Shown here: positions 10,550 to 21,134 of the stretch, one piece after another | Layout of the letters: each line of letters opens with the position of its first letter | Position numbering within the stretch: the stretch's first letter is position 1 | Origin: a bacterium | GTDB taxonomy: Bacteria; Bacteroidota; Ignavibacteria; UBA10030 | Length of the DNA: 64,000 bases | Reading direction: 5' to 3' | Assembly (NCBI GenBank): GCA_043803945.1 | Contig: JAZDJN010000061.1 | Location: forward strand, 64,001 to 128,000 | The notes under the pieces: model-generated | The model's input: the letters and a program-made list of their open reading frames with translations, nothing else | Told to the model about the DNA's origin: nothing | The model's database searches: none | Translations under genes and position numbers: made by a program

Positions 10550-11241
10550 GCCTGATGCTGAATAATTCGATCACTCTCAATCCGTCCGTCACGCAGGATC
10601 ACAACCCGGTGTCCGCGCTGAATAACCTGCGGATCATGAGAGGAAAAGACAAAGGTGATCTGCCTCTCGTGATTCAATCGTTCCATCAGTTCGAGGAGGG
10701 CGATACCCATTGCAGAATCAAGATTTGCCGTCGGTTCATCGGCCAGCACCACCGAGGGATTCGTAACAATCGCTCGGGCGATAGCGACACGCTGCTGCTG
10801 GCCCCCGCTCATTTTATTTGGGCGTTTATTCGCCAGATCTACAATGCCAAGCTCTTCCATTACTGCCATCGCCCGTTCATATCGTTGACGCTCGGGAACG
10901 CGCAGGAGCACCATCGTAAATTCCACATTCTCCAGCGCAGTCAACACGGGAATTAAATTGTAGGCCTGAAAGATAAATCCGATCTTATTCAGACGAAGGT
11001 TAGCAAGTTGAGCCCTCGTCTTTAGTGCGATATCTTCCCGTTCAAAATAGACCTTTCCCTCGGTCGGGACATCCAGAGTACCGATCATATTCAACAGCGT
11101 CGTCTTCCCCGAACCTGAAGGACCGGCAATTACCGTGAAGTCGCCTTTTCCGATATCGATCGAAACCGAAGAGAGTGCATGCACAGGCACTCCGGTGTCG
11201 CTATAGATTTTCTCTACCTGATCTGTCCGAATAATTTCCAT
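10546..11241 (-). CDS. ABC transporter ATP-binding protein (LolD/MacB-like)
   Basis: GPSGSGKTT, MSGGQQQRVAIARA and LADEPTANLD motifs. Confidence 0.95.
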   Translation of the reverse strand: MEIIRTDQVEKIYSDTGVPVHALSSVSIDIGKGDFTVIAGPSGSGKTTLLNMIGTLDVPTEGKVYFEREDIALKTRAQLANLRLNKIGFIFQAYNLIPVLTALENVEFTMVLLRVPERQRYERAMAVMEELGIVDLANKRPNKMSGGQQQRVAIARAIVTNPSVVLADEPTANLDSAMGIALLELMERLNHERQITFVFSSHDPQVIQRGHRVVILRDGRIESDRIIQHQA

Positions 11242-11267
11242 ACTCTCACCTTCACGCAGTACATTTT

Positions 11268-12485
11268 CTACACATAGCGGATTGCAGTCATGGGTTCCAT
11301 CCTCATCGCTTTGTAAGCCGGGTAGACTGCAGCCAGTATACTCACGATGATGATCACGAGAACACCGACAAGAACACTGAGATAATTAATCAGAGGGTAG
11401 ATGATCGCTCCGGCCCCATAGGAAGCGAGTCCTTCAGAAAACGCCGAAAAATTAATCCCATACTTCGCTAATACGGAACTGATCCCAATCCCGAGAAGTG
11501 CACCGATCCCAGCCCCGATGGAACCAAGGAGAAATGCTTCAAGCACAATCATCCTGAACAGGATTATATTTTTCATTCCAATGGCCTTTAGCACACCGAA
11601 TTCATGAATGCGCTCAAAGACGGACATGAGAAGTGTGTTGATAATTCCAAACATCATCGCAATGCCGATGAGCAGATAAAAGATGCTCATCATTTTATCC
11701 ATCAACTCCACCTGAGAAATGAGGCTCGGAATAAGGTCACGGTACGAAAGAACCTCAAATCCATCACCCAATGTTGATTTGAGATCAGCCTTGACCACTT
11801 CACTCAGGTTCACATCACGGCAAACGATGACAACTTCGGCAATCTGATGTTGAACTCTCAGCATCGATTGAAGTGTCGCCAGCGGGACAAAGATGTTCAT
11901 GTTATCGAACGAGAGGCTGGCTGATTGATAAAGTCCGACGACCCGAAACATTTCCGAACCAACCCTTCCATCCTGCGTCGACGCCATCGTTACCAGGCGA
12001 TCACCAAGCCCAACATTGAGGGTTTGCGCCAGGCGCTTACCGATCACAATTTCATGCCCCCCTTCGCCCAGATACCGTCCCTCGACGACGCTCACTTTGA
12101 TTGTTGTAATGTTCGCTTCCTCGGTCGGGTTAATGCCGATGATGGAAGCACCAGAGGAATTGCTTGCACTGCTTACCAATCCAAATGCGATGACTCGCCT
12201 GCTCATGAATCGCACCAATGGAGAAGCTTGCACCACTGTCATCACTGTATCAGGAGATTGCATAAAGTTCTGTACTACTTTATTTTCATTAAAACCGGCT
12301 GCATGAATCTGAATGTGCCCAAGCGAGCTGCCGAGCTGATTGTCGAACAATTGCCTCATAAATCCCCGTGCATAGCTTTCGATAAAGACAATCGCCGTGA
12401 CACCCACAACGATGGAGGTCAACACGATGAGGGAACGCCGTCTGTTCCGCCAGAGATTCCGCCATGAAATTTTGAGCAGCATCAT
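11268..12485 (-). CDS. ABC transporter permease (LolE/FtsX-like)
   Basis: WRNLWRNRRRS, large periplasmic domain, SVFERIHEFGVLKAIG. Confidence 0.92.
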   Translation of the reverse strand: MMLLKISWRNLWRNRRRSLIVLTSIVVGVTAIVFIESYARGFMRQLFDNQLGSSLGHIQIHAAGFNENKVVQNFMQSPDTVMTVVQASPLVRFMSRRVIAFGLVSSASNSSGASIIGINPTEEANITTIKVSVVEGRYLGEGGHEIVIGKRLAQTLNVGLGDRLVTMASTQDGRVGSEMFRVVGLYQSASLSFDNMNIFVPLATLQSMLRVQHQIAEVVIVCRDVNLSEVVKADLKSTLGDGFEVLSYRDLIPSLISQVELMDKMMSIFYLLIGIAMMFGIINTLLMSVFERIHEFGVLKAIGMKNIILFRMIVLEAFLLGSIGAGIGALLGIGISSVLAKYGINFSAFSEGLASYGAGAIIYPLINYLSVLVGVLVIIIVSILAAVYPAYKAMRMEPMTAIRYV

Positions 12486-13720
12486 GTCTGTCTGATTCCT
12501 TTCAGCGGCTCGAGTTTATACACTTTATAGGCTGGATAAATCGAAGAGAAAATCGAGAGCCCAAGAATTATGATCATCACTCTGACGGTGTAGCTCAACC
12601 TGCTCGTCGAAACAAGTTGCGGGATAAATCCATAATCCTCATACATTTGTCCAAATTCGCCTGTCATAATGATTGGATGCGTTTCAAGATAGAAATTCAC
12701 ACCATATCCGAAGATGCTGCCTGCGAGAATACCGATGAGGGCAATGAACGTGAGTTCCATCAGTACTAGTTTCACCAGATCTTTCGATTGCATACCCATT
12801 GCCAGGGTTATTCCGAATTCGCGAAATCGCTCGGTTACCGACATGAGGACTGTGTTCAGGATACCAAACGTAATCACAATCAGAAGCACTCCCAGGAAGA
12901 AGTAATCACCTATCAAATCAAATTCGCGCGCCTGTTGAAGCTCGGGGATCACCTCACCCCAATTCAGTACGGAGAGGTTGGTGAGGCCTGCATCGGTTAT
13001 ATTTTTACTCATAATGGCCTGGGCTTCATCGATTTGATGGAAATCGCTCAGCATGACGGCGACAATATTCACCCGCCCCTCCATCGCCAGGAGTTCCTGA
13101 GCTCCTCGTAGGTTCATCAACACCACCACTCTATCGAAATCCTGAGTACCAAAAGATACTGTTCCTGTAATCTTATAGAGTTGATTCCCCAGCACTCCAT
13201 CAAATCCCTGTGCAAGAATCACAATCGTGTCGCCAACGTTCGCTTTCAGGTTGTTCAGAAGTTTATAGCCCAGTACAATTTCATTCAGAGAATCTGTATG
13301 GAACATCCTTCCGGCTTTGATCCGCTCGTGGAACCGGGAGATTTTCTGTTCCCGCTGGATGTCGATTCCGAAAATTGCAGCACCAGCAGAATTTTCTTTG
13401 AAGCTTAGTAATCCATCGGAAATGATTCGCGGCGCATACCCGGAGATGGAGGGATCCTCCTGCAAAATCGATTCGACTGATCCGGGGTAGGTAAAACTTT
13501 TGTGCAAGGAGGGACTATCCTTGAAGCCCGTTCGTTGGATTTGGATGTACCCGGAAAACAATTCAAGAGTATTTTTAATATTATATTCCCACGTTCCGTT
13601 GGCGATCCCCCGTGAGATCACCGTCAGAAATGTGGCAAAGGAAATGGCGAGAATCGTGAGAATTGTCCGGCGTTTATTCCGCCAGATATTCCGCCAGCCA
13701 AGTTTCACAATGAGGTTCAT
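12482..13720 (-). CDS. ABC transporter permease (LolC/FtsX-like)
   Basis: WRNIWRNKRRT and SVTERFREFGITLAMG; paralog of the adjacent permease. Confidence 0.92.
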   Translation of the reverse strand: MNLIVKLGWRNIWRNKRRTILTILAISFATFLTVISRGIANGTWEYNIKNTLELFSGYIQIQRTGFKDSPSLHKSFTYPGSVESILQEDPSISGYAPRIISDGLLSFKENSAGAAIFGIDIQREQKISRFHERIKAGRMFHTDSLNEIVLGYKLLNNLKANVGDTIVILAQGFDGVLGNQLYKITGTVSFGTQDFDRVVVLMNLRGAQELLAMEGRVNIVAVMLSDFHQIDEAQAIMSKNITDAGLTNLSVLNWGEVIPELQQAREFDLIGDYFFLGVLLIVITFGILNTVLMSVTERFREFGITLAMGMQSKDLVKLVLMELTFIALIGILAGSIFGYGVNFYLETHPIIMTGEFGQMYEDYGFIPQLVSTSRLSYTVRVMIIILGLSIFSSIYPAYKVYKLEPLKGIRQT

Positions 13721-14490
13721 TGGCTCCGCCCCTTTTCAAGCTCCTGGAAAGAAAAAATACGATCCGGGATAGGGACATCAAATTGTACATCGGTATATTC
13801 AAAGAGCGTGATATTTCCCTTTTTCACATTATTAATCATCTCCCATTTCGATGGAATTTTCCTCTTCCCAAATTGTTTGATGTTTGAATAGTTCAGCGTG
13901 CGCATCAAGGATCCTTTCTCATCGTAATATTCCGTTTGAGAAGGAAGATAATCTGACCTGCGAATCCAGTGAAAAATCTTTCCCCACACCACCGGTGCCG
14001 TTGGTTTTGGGAGAAGCTGGATTTTCCAATTGGATTCATTCTGTACTTTTTCCTCAGCCACAATCGTCATCACATAGTCGTCCACCAAACTTGATTCCCG
14101 CACAAGATCATCGTTGGAAAAATCCGAGCCGTTCCATGACTGCAGCATCATCGAAGGCGGCACCTTAATGGTGGTCTCCGTGTTACGAAGATACATCCAG
14201 AGCTCATTCTTCACTTTCAGGGTTTTGTTCCCAGCTTCCCGCCGCGGAGCAATGATCACAATAAGGGCTTTCTCATTGCCAACCCACCATGATTCCATCT
14301 CCATGGTCCGTGTATAATCAGGATTGGTGATTGTCATTTTGAACTTCCCTTTTGAGGAGACGCCTTTTAAGAGATCCTCAGACTTCCGCACAATTTCCTG
14401 TGCCGTCTGGCAATAAAGCACTGAGGCAAGCAGCAACAATGCAGCAACAGTATGTATTCGCACCTTCATCGTCAACATTCCTTCGTTCAC
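13717..14490 (-). CDS. Outer-membrane lipoprotein-sorting (LolA-like) protein
   Basis: Signal peptide, LWMYL, SWNGSDFSNDDL and YYDEKG motifs. The start may be 14478 or 14469. Confidence 0.85.
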   Translation of the reverse strand: MNEGMLTMKVRIHTVAALLLLASVLYCQTAQEIVRKSEDLLKGVSSKGKFKMTITNPDYTRTMEMESWWVGNEKALIVIIAPRREAGNKTLKVKNELWMYLRNTETTIKVPPSMMLQSWNGSDFSNDDLVRESSLVDDYVMTIVAEEKVQNESNWKIQLLPKPTAPVVWGKIFHWIRRSDYLPSQTEYYDEKGSLMRTLNYSNIKQFGKRKIPSKWEMINNVKKGNITLFEYTDVQFDVPIPDRIFSFQELEKGRSQ

Positions 14491-14509
14491 CGGGATTTAC
14501 CTTTTCAGA

Positions 14510-14989
14510 TCATTTCAATGTTTTTTGATATTCTTCCCATCGCTCGAAGAGAGAGGGAAATTCACGTTCAATGAATGAATAGAATTCATGCATTTCTTTC
14601 AATCTGGTATAGGCAACTGTATTTTTTTGCTGAACCAGAGATAATCCATGTTCTATCACGGTGTGAAATTCAATGATGGTCGCCATCTTTGCTTTGATGA
14701 CGTTGGTCATTGTGCCGGGGCGAATTCTGAAGTAATCCTTCCGCTCGCCCGAAATTCCAACGCGATCCACCAAACCCATTTGGATCAACATGCGTGTCAT
14801 GGTACTTATTGAGCCGCGACTGGCATGCAAGCCTTCCATCAGTTCATCGGTCGATACCTCTGTTTTTGCGGAGAGTATCAGATAGCTGAAAATTTTCCCG
14901 GCAATCCTGGGAATACCTGTGCGTTCCAACACAATTCCCATCTCCCCATAATAATCCTGCCGCTGTTTCTCTTCCAAGAGTCTCTTCAT
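14510..14989 (-). CDS. GbsR/MarR-family transcriptional regulator
   Basis: GIPRIAGKIFSYL, SRGSIST helix and GERKDYF wing. Confidence 0.9.
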   Translation of the reverse strand: MKRLLEEKQRQDYYGEMGIVLERTGIPRIAGKIFSYLILSAKTEVSTDELMEGLHASRGSISTMTRMLIQMGLVDRVGISGERKDYFRIRPGTMTNVIKAKMATIIEFHTVIEHGLSLVQQKNTVAYTRLKEMHEFYSFIEREFPSLFERWEEYQKTLK

Positions 14990-15041
14990 CGCTTGCTCCT
15001 TTCATCTCTTGATACTGCGGTAAATATACAATGTTTCAAAC

Positions 15042-15059
15042 TTTCAATCTATACTGAAA
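15042..15059. promoter_or_regulatory. Inverted-repeat operator TTTCA-N8-TGAAA, likely the autoregulatory site of the GbsR-like regulator
   Basis: Sequence tttcaatctatactgaaa lies about 55 bp upstream of the regulator start. Confidence 0.6.
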
Positions 15060-15144
15060 TAATTAAAATAAATTAAAGCTTCGATGAAATGAGGAATATT
15101 CCCTCACAAACCGGGATCGATAAGAAATTACTCAAAGGAAAGGA

Positions 15145-15663
15145 TTAGGTTAATTGATTATCGCCAACGAGCTGACGAAATAGATCGCTGAATGTTTCCT
15201 CGGCAATTGAGGAATCAACACCCAGCCAGTAGAGACGGTCCCGATAGGAGAAAAAGAAGTGGAGCTGGCCCATACCGCGGCATTTCCAAATTGTCACACC
15301 CTGAATGCTCTCCTGCCGGAGATGGCCAAATGGAGTTTTCCCCTCACTGATCAGAGTACTCATTCTCTTCCCTTCTGAATAGGCAAGCTTTGCGTCGGTA
15401 TAGAGGGAGACATAGAGTGCTGCGGTGCCCTCGGCATTTGTATATTCTCCAATGAAGCTGGACTCTGGTGTGACATTTTTATGGTGGAGGCGATTGATGA
15501 ACCGTTGGGCGTTTTCGCCGGATAAGCTGACAACACGCCGCATTCCGGCAAGCTGTTTCGGAAGGACCTCTTCGGTGGTAGGATTGCAGGAGAGAAAGAC
15601 GAGGCTCAACAGCAAGTAACTCAAAACTCTCACAGTGCGGGATGAAGAAACCGGAACAGTCAC
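15145..15663 (-). CDS. Hypothetical lipoprotein, translationally coupled to hypC
   Basis: Lipobox-like LVFLSC and a 4-bp overlap with the hypC stop. Confidence 0.65.
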   Translation of the reverse strand: MTVPVSSSRTVRVLSYLLLSLVFLSCNPTTEEVLPKQLAGMRRVVSLSGENAQRFINRLHHKNVTPESSFIGEYTNAEGTAALYVSLYTDAKLAYSEGKRMSTLISEGKTPFGHLRQESIQGVTIWKCRGMGQLHFFFSYRDRLYWLGVDSSIAEETFSDLFRQLVGDNQLT

Positions 15664-15926
15664 GACGGCTGACCACTTTCACAATCATTCAACTCATCCA
15701 GACTCTCGCCCATCTGTTCGAAAAGCTTGAGCGTTTCCATTGCCTCTTTCTCATCCATTTTGCTTATAGCAAAACCGACGTGCACGATGACGTACTCCCC
15801 CACCTGCACCTCGGGAACCCACTCCAGGCACACTTTCTTCTGCACCCCGCCAAAGCTGACTTTTCCCATCACTGGGGTTTCGTCACGATTGATCTCCAAC
15901 ACTTTTCCCGGAATAGCCAAACACAC
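15660..15926 (-). CDS. hypC: Hydrogenase maturation chaperone HypC
   Basis: GTG start gives MCLAIPG; VGEYVIVHVGFAI motif. Confidence 0.97.
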   Translation of the reverse strand: MCLAIPGKVLEINRDETPVMGKVSFGGVQKKVCLEWVPEVQVGEYVIVHVGFAISKMDEKEAMETLKLFEQMGESLDELNDCESGQPS

Positions 15927-15993
15927 TGTACTTTCTCCTCTATCCACGCTTCTCAAATTATAACTGCGCTAAATAGGCAACAAATCCTTTTTT

Positions 15994-16123
15994 ACCACCG
16001 ATGGCACACTGATAATCACTGAGAATAGTAAGTAGTTTGAGATCTTGTTCGAAGAAATAACCCATAAAATCATTATCTGTGTTCACCCCGTTGAACGGGG
16101 TATATCGGTGTGTCATCCGTGGA
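15994..16123. repeat. About 130-bp miniature inverted-repeat element, same family as 33023-33180
   Basis: Left end ccaccgatggcacactgat; right end atcggtgtgtcatccgtgg; embedded palindrome accccgttgaacggggt at 16085-16101. Confidence 0.6.
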
Positions 16124-16158
16124 GAATTTACAGAGTAATTACCTCTTTTCAAACTATC

Positions 16159-18516
16159 CTACTGAGAATATACCTGATTACTTTGAGATTTCAAAAAATG
16201 TGCTGCATAGACTTGACCAAGTGCAATCCCTCCATCGTTGGGCGGCACTCGTTGATGCCAGTAGGCCCGAAATCCGGAAGATTGCAGCGACCTGATCGTC
16301 CGTTCTGTGAGAACTCTATTCTGAAAACAGCCGCCGCTTAATATCACTCTCTCCTTTCCAGCTTTTCGGGCAATCTGAAGGATCATTTCGGCAAGCGTTG
16401 CATGAAATTTTGCAGCAATATGTTCAATCGGAATGCCAAACCGTTTCTCTTGTATCAGAGCAAGCAGAGAAGGCCTCCAATCAAGTCGTATTAATCCGGC
16501 CTTTTTTTCCTTCTCGGAAAGTCTTTCTGGTTCGACCAGGGTAAATTCGTATCGATCATCTGTACGTTCATCTGTGGCAATGAACTCCAGATCCATTGCT
16601 GCCTGTCCTTCGAAGCGGACTTCCTGTCGTAATCCCAGAAGAGATGCGACAGCATCAAAGAGCCTGCCGACACTGGAGGTGCGTGGTGAATTTATTCCTT
16701 TCACCATCATTTGCTGGAGCAGTGAGCGTTCAGCCGGAGAGAACGTGTTTACAGAATCGAGTTGATCTTCTTGCTGCCACCTCTCCCCTTCCAATTCTGC
16801 CAGAACTCCAATTGCCGTTCGGCGCGGATCCTTGATCGCTTTCTCTCCCCCGGGGAGTACAAACGGCCAAAGCGATGCAATGCGTTGAAATTCAGAATCC
16901 GATGTCACAAAGAATTCGCCGCCCCAAATTGTACCATCCAATCCAAAGCCAGTACCATCCCAGGCAACGCCGAGCACTTCACCCTCAATCTGGTTTTCCG
17001 CCATACACGATGCGACATGGGCTATGTGATGTTGAACCTCAACCACGGTTGTAAAATGGCTGTAGGCATGTTTTGTCGAGAGATAATCGGGGTGCGAATC
17101 ACAGACCACACTTTCTGCCCGGGTATCGTATAACGTTTGCAAATCGACCGATACTCTTCGAAATGCATCGAGCGATTCCGGTGTCTCCAAATCACCAATA
17201 TGCTGGCTAAGAAAAACCTGATTTCCGATCGAGAGTGCCACGGTATTCTTCAGATGTGCTCCAACCGAAAGGACTGGTTGATCGATTTTTTTATTCAATT
17301 GAATCGGCAGCGGAGCATAGCCGCGTGCTCTACGCAATACCAGCTCACGCCCGAGCATCACACGGACGATCGAATCATCCACATGCCGGACGATTGGACG
17401 ATTATGAATAAGGAAAAAGTCTGCAATTCCTTTCAATCGCTCAAGGGCTTCATGCTCATCGATACAGATCGGTTCATCGGAGCTATTACCGCTCGTGGCA
17501 ATGACCGGAAATCCCATCGCATTCATCAGCAAGTGATGTAACGGCGTATAGGGTACCAGAACGCCCAGATAAGGATTGTTTGGAGCAACAGAGCTGGCCA
17601 ATGATGCACCGCGGCGTTTCCTCAGAAGGACAATTGGGGATTCAGCAGATTGCAGCAACCGTTCTTCGTATTCCGAAACTTCACAGAGGCTCCTGACTAG
17701 TTCCACAGAGGGGATCATCACGGCAAATGGTTTTTCTTCCCGCTGCTTTCTCTTCCTGAGTCTCTGCACAGCTCGCTCATTTCTTGCATCCACAAGTAGA
17801 TGAAACCCACCTAATCCTTTAACCGCAACAATCTCTCCGTTCCGGATATGATTAGCACTCTGCAGCAAAGCATCGTGACGTTCCCCAAGAATCTTCCCTT
17901 CACAATCCCACAACTGGAGCTGCGGTCCGCAGTGAGGACATGCATTCGGCTGCGCGTGGAAGCGGCGGTCGGATGGATTTTCATATTCCTCCTGGCATTC
18001 ACAGCACATCGTAAACGATTTCATTGTTGTTTTAGGCCGGTCATATGGGAGGTTTTCGATGATGGAAAAACGCGGGCCGCAGTTGGTGCAATTGGTAAAT
18101 GGGTAGTTATAGCGCCTGTTTTGAGGATCGACGATATCGCGATAGCAATCGGGGCACGCTGCAAGGTCAGGAAGGACGAGGACGCTCTTCGTCCCCGAGT
18201 CGTCACTTGAACGGATTGTGAATGATGAATACCCCACTGCATCCAGAAAGGAAAATTCTAAACTCTGAATGAATGAACGAGGCGGCTTCTCTTTTTCAAG
18301 CCGAAGAACAAACCTGTCGAGATCCTCTTTCGCTCCCTCCACCTCAATGAAGACGCCTTGTGAGGTATTCGAGACCCACCCTGGAAGTTTTAATTGAAGG
18401 GCAAGACGGTAGACAAAGGGACGGAATCCGACTCCCTGCACAGCGCCCCTGATAATAACGCGGCAGCGGATGATTTCTCGTTTTTCATTATGCTCATTAT
18501 GAAAATCAAGCGGCAT
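16159..18516 (-). CDS. hypF: Carbamoyltransferase HypF
   Basis: Acylphosphatase domain GAVQGVGFRPFVY, zinc fingers CTNCGPR and RRFHAQPNACPHCGP, VQHHIAH, PPNDGGIALGQ. Confidence 0.98.
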   Translation of the reverse strand: MPLDFHNEHNEKREIIRCRVIIRGAVQGVGFRPFVYRLALQLKLPGWVSNTSQGVFIEVEGAKEDLDRFVLRLEKEKPPRSFIQSLEFSFLDAVGYSSFTIRSSDDSGTKSVLVLPDLAACPDCYRDIVDPQNRRYNYPFTNCTNCGPRFSIIENLPYDRPKTTMKSFTMCCECQEEYENPSDRRFHAQPNACPHCGPQLQLWDCEGKILGERHDALLQSANHIRNGEIVAVKGLGGFHLLVDARNERAVQRLRKRKQREEKPFAVMIPSVELVRSLCEVSEYEERLLQSAESPIVLLRKRRGASLASSVAPNNPYLGVLVPYTPLHHLLMNAMGFPVIATSGNSSDEPICIDEHEALERLKGIADFFLIHNRPIVRHVDDSIVRVMLGRELVLRRARGYAPLPIQLNKKIDQPVLSVGAHLKNTVALSIGNQVFLSQHIGDLETPESLDAFRRVSVDLQTLYDTRAESVVCDSHPDYLSTKHAYSHFTTVVEVQHHIAHVASCMAENQIEGEVLGVAWDGTGFGLDGTIWGGEFFVTSDSEFQRIASLWPFVLPGGEKAIKDPRRTAIGVLAELEGERWQQEDQLDSVNTFSPAERSLLQQMMVKGINSPRTSSVGRLFDAVASLLGLRQEVRFEGQAAMDLEFIATDERTDDRYEFTLVEPERLSEKEKKAGLIRLDWRPSLLALIQEKRFGIPIEHIAAKFHATLAEMILQIARKAGKERVILSGGCFQNRVLTERTIRSLQSSGFRAYWHQRVPPNDGGIALGQVYAAHFLKSQSNQVYSQ

Positions 18517-18551
18517 GAATTCCCATGGCAGTATGTCCTAGTTGAGTCAAC

Positions 18552-19169
18552 CTATATTCCCAGTAAGCGGATCATAATACCGGTCAACGCAATCACACCG
18601 CCGGCGATGACATCGGAGGCGTGTTCAAACCAATGGGAACGAAACAATGATAGCCCATACACTGCCAGATGAACCTGGAGGAGCATCATGAATATTGTTG
18701 CAATACCGAAGAGTATAAAGATGAGAAAGACCGAGCTCCATCCATAAGCCGAGCTGGCGAAGATGAGCGGGATGAGCGGCTCGCATGGACCAAAAACAAT
18801 GAGGGCGAAGAGGGTCCAATAGGAGACTGTTTTCGTCTTATCCATATCGTGCGAGTGTTTGCGCCCCCAATTTTTCAAACCCCAGACCATGTAGGCGACA
18901 CCAAAGCCGATGAGCAGTAGTGATGCCACATTACCGCGATTCGATTCCCACAAGTTAACTCGCTCCGCTGCAAATCCAAGGAGAATGCCCAATGCCCCGA
19001 TTGCAAGACTCGATGCAACATGGCCGACTCCTGCCAGCGCCGTGACGGTCGTGATTTTCCATTTTCCCCAGGATTGTGCACGGGCGAGCGCTGCGAACGG
19101 AAGCCAGTGATCGGGGGCCAATGCATGGAGCAGGCTAATTGTGATTGTCGAAAAAACCAGAACATCCAT
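18552..19169 (-). CDS. Nickel/cobalt permease (NiCoT/UreH-like)
   Basis: HALAPDHW metal motif, GHV, His patch KHSHD, FGPCEP, about 6 TM helices; hydrogenase context. Confidence 0.8.
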   Translation of the reverse strand: MDVLVFSTITISLLHALAPDHWLPFAALARAQSWGKWKITTVTALAGVGHVASSLAIGALGILLGFAAERVNLWESNRGNVASLLLIGFGVAYMVWGLKNWGRKHSHDMDKTKTVSYWTLFALIVFGPCEPLIPLIFASSAYGWSSVFLIFILFGIATIFMMLLQVHLAVYGLSLFRSHWFEHASDVIAGGVIALTGIMIRLLGI

Positions 19170-19181
19170 TATCGTTCTTCC

Positions 19182-19640
19182 TTAGTATTTTGCCTCATTG
19201 TGAATCTGTTCTGAAATACGCTTGCCGCACCATTCAACAGCGCTCTTGATCATCTGCTCTGTGAACTCCGTGCAGGTTTCTCCGAGCGCAAAATCCACTG
19301 CCGGGATTCCCACCTGCCATGCAATGCGGGGAGCTCTCTTGTACAGCAGTAAACATGTATTGAGAAGTTGTTGAGGAGACAGGGTGTGCGAACTCAGACT
19401 GCCAACATCTTCAGATGGCTGTAATAGCTGAATCGCCGGCTCAGTGCCTTCACGAATAGCATCCAGAAAAAAAACCATGGAGTATTCTGCAAGCGATTCG
19501 GCAATCTCTAAACTCAATTGATGGGAACAATAACAATCGACTGCTGGAAATTGTTTACTTAAAAGCTCCGCAGCACGAACACCCGCACCATCATCCCGAC
19601 GAAGTGTATTCCCGTAGCCAATTATCAGACATGACTTCAT
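19182..19640 (-). CDS. hoxW: Hydrogenase maturation protease (HoxW-like)
   Basis: IGYGNTLRRDDGAG, FLDA and SSH motifs; ATGA overlap with hoxH. Confidence 0.85.
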   Translation of the reverse strand: MKSCLIIGYGNTLRRDDGAGVRAAELLSKQFPAVDCYCSHQLSLEIAESLAEYSMVFFLDAIREGTEPAIQLLQPSEDVGSLSSHTLSPQQLLNTCLLLYKRAPRIAWQVGIPAVDFALGETCTEFTEQMIKSAVEWCGKRISEQIHNEAKY

Positions 19641-21064
19641 CGACGCAATTCTTGCACCAATCTCCCCTGAGCATCGAAGACCTGGAGTTCCATCGGCATT
19701 TGACCCAGTGCGTGGGTTGAGCAGGAGAGGCACGGATCGAAACACCGGATTCCTGCTTCGATACGATTGAAAATCCCTTCCCGGATTTCTTTGCCGTCGA
19801 TATATTGCATCGCGATCTGCCGTACTGTTCGGTTCATGGCCAGATTATTCTGTGCCGTTGCGATCAGCATGTTGACGTTCTTCAGCACCCCATTTTCATC
19901 AACCCAATAATGGTGGAAGAGAGTTCCCCGCGGCGCTTCGCAGAAGCCAACACCCTCAAAGCGATTGACCACCGCTTTCGAGCGTACATGCACATCGAGC
20001 AGAGCGGGATCATTCAGTAATATTTCTATTTTTTCTACGGCAAAGAGCATTTCAATCAACCGTGCGTAGTGGAAATAAAACGAATTGTTCACCGCTTCGG
20101 CTTTTCCTGCCATTGCTTTAAATATTTTTCGCTCCGCCTCAGCGAGCGGTGTCTCGATATAATCACAAATATTCACACGTGCCAGAGGGCCGACACGGTA
20201 CATTCCCCGCTGGTACCCCAGTCCTTTGTAATACGGGAACTTGAGATACGACCAGCTCTCCGATTTTTCGGCAAAGTATTCATAGTATTTCCGCGGATTC
20301 AGTTTTTCGGCGATGATATTACCGTCGCCATCCATGATGCGGAGGTACCCGTCGTAATATTCCAGGCCGCCATCTTCCGATACCAGGCCGACAAAGAGAG
20401 AGCGGAAGTTTCCGAAGTTCGGAATTTCCGTCTCGTACTGCTTATGCACTTTCTTTATCGTTGCAAGGGCAAGCAGCGCGGTTTCTTTCATCTCCGGAAT
20501 TTTCCCGAGGAGATACTCCTTTTTACTTTTATCAAACGGCTCCCGTACCCCGCCTGCCACCGCCCAAGGTGTGTGGATTCTCCGGCCGCCCAGAGCTTCA
20601 ATGATCTCCTGACCAAACTTTCGTAAGAGAATACCGCGTCGTGCAAACTCCTTGTCTGCAGCGATCAGTCCAAAGATATTCCTCTTCGCCGGATCAGAAT
20701 CAAATCCTAGAAGGAAATCTGGAGAGGAGAGATGGAAGAAGCTGAGCGCATGCGATTGCGTCCACTGTGCCAATGTCAGGAGCCGGCGGAGCATCTGTGC
20801 CGTTTCCGGGATGGAGACAGCAAGAATTTCATCCCCCGCCTTGGCGGAGGCAATAAGATGGCTTGCCGGACAGATCCCGCAAATTCGGGATGTTAATCCG
20901 GGCATTTCCCACATCAATCGCCCCTGGCAGAATTTTTCGAATCCCCGGAACTCGTTGACATGAAAACGGGCATCTTCCACAACATTCTTGTCATCCAAGT
21001 GAATTGTGATTTTGGCGTGCCCCTCAATGCGGGTCACCGGCTCAATGGTTATGATCTTCGGCAT
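19637..21064 (-). CDS. hoxH: Group 3d bidirectional [NiFe]-hydrogenase large subunit HoxH
   Basis: PVTRIEGHAKI, L1 RICGIC, L2 FDPCLSCSTHA plus cleavable tail. Confidence 0.95.
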   Translation of the reverse strand: MPKIITIEPVTRIEGHAKITIHLDDKNVVEDARFHVNEFRGFEKFCQGRLMWEMPGLTSRICGICPASHLIASAKAGDEILAVSIPETAQMLRRLLTLAQWTQSHALSFFHLSSPDFLLGFDSDPAKRNIFGLIAADKEFARRGILLRKFGQEIIEALGGRRIHTPWAVAGGVREPFDKSKKEYLLGKIPEMKETALLALATIKKVHKQYETEIPNFGNFRSLFVGLVSEDGGLEYYDGYLRIMDGDGNIIAEKLNPRKYYEYFAEKSESWSYLKFPYYKGLGYQRGMYRVGPLARVNICDYIETPLAEAERKIFKAMAGKAEAVNNSFYFHYARLIEMLFAVEKIEILLNDPALLDVHVRSKAVVNRFEGVGFCEAPRGTLFHHYWVDENGVLKNVNMLIATAQNNLAMNRTVRQIAMQYIDGKEIREGIFNRIEAGIRCFDPCLSCSTHALGQMPMELQVFDAQGRLVQELRR

Positions 21065-21134
21065 AGGTCTCTTCTCAAATAGAATTCGTTCTCACACGTT
21101 CACAGGCTGCACAAGACCGCCTGCGTTCTTTTCG

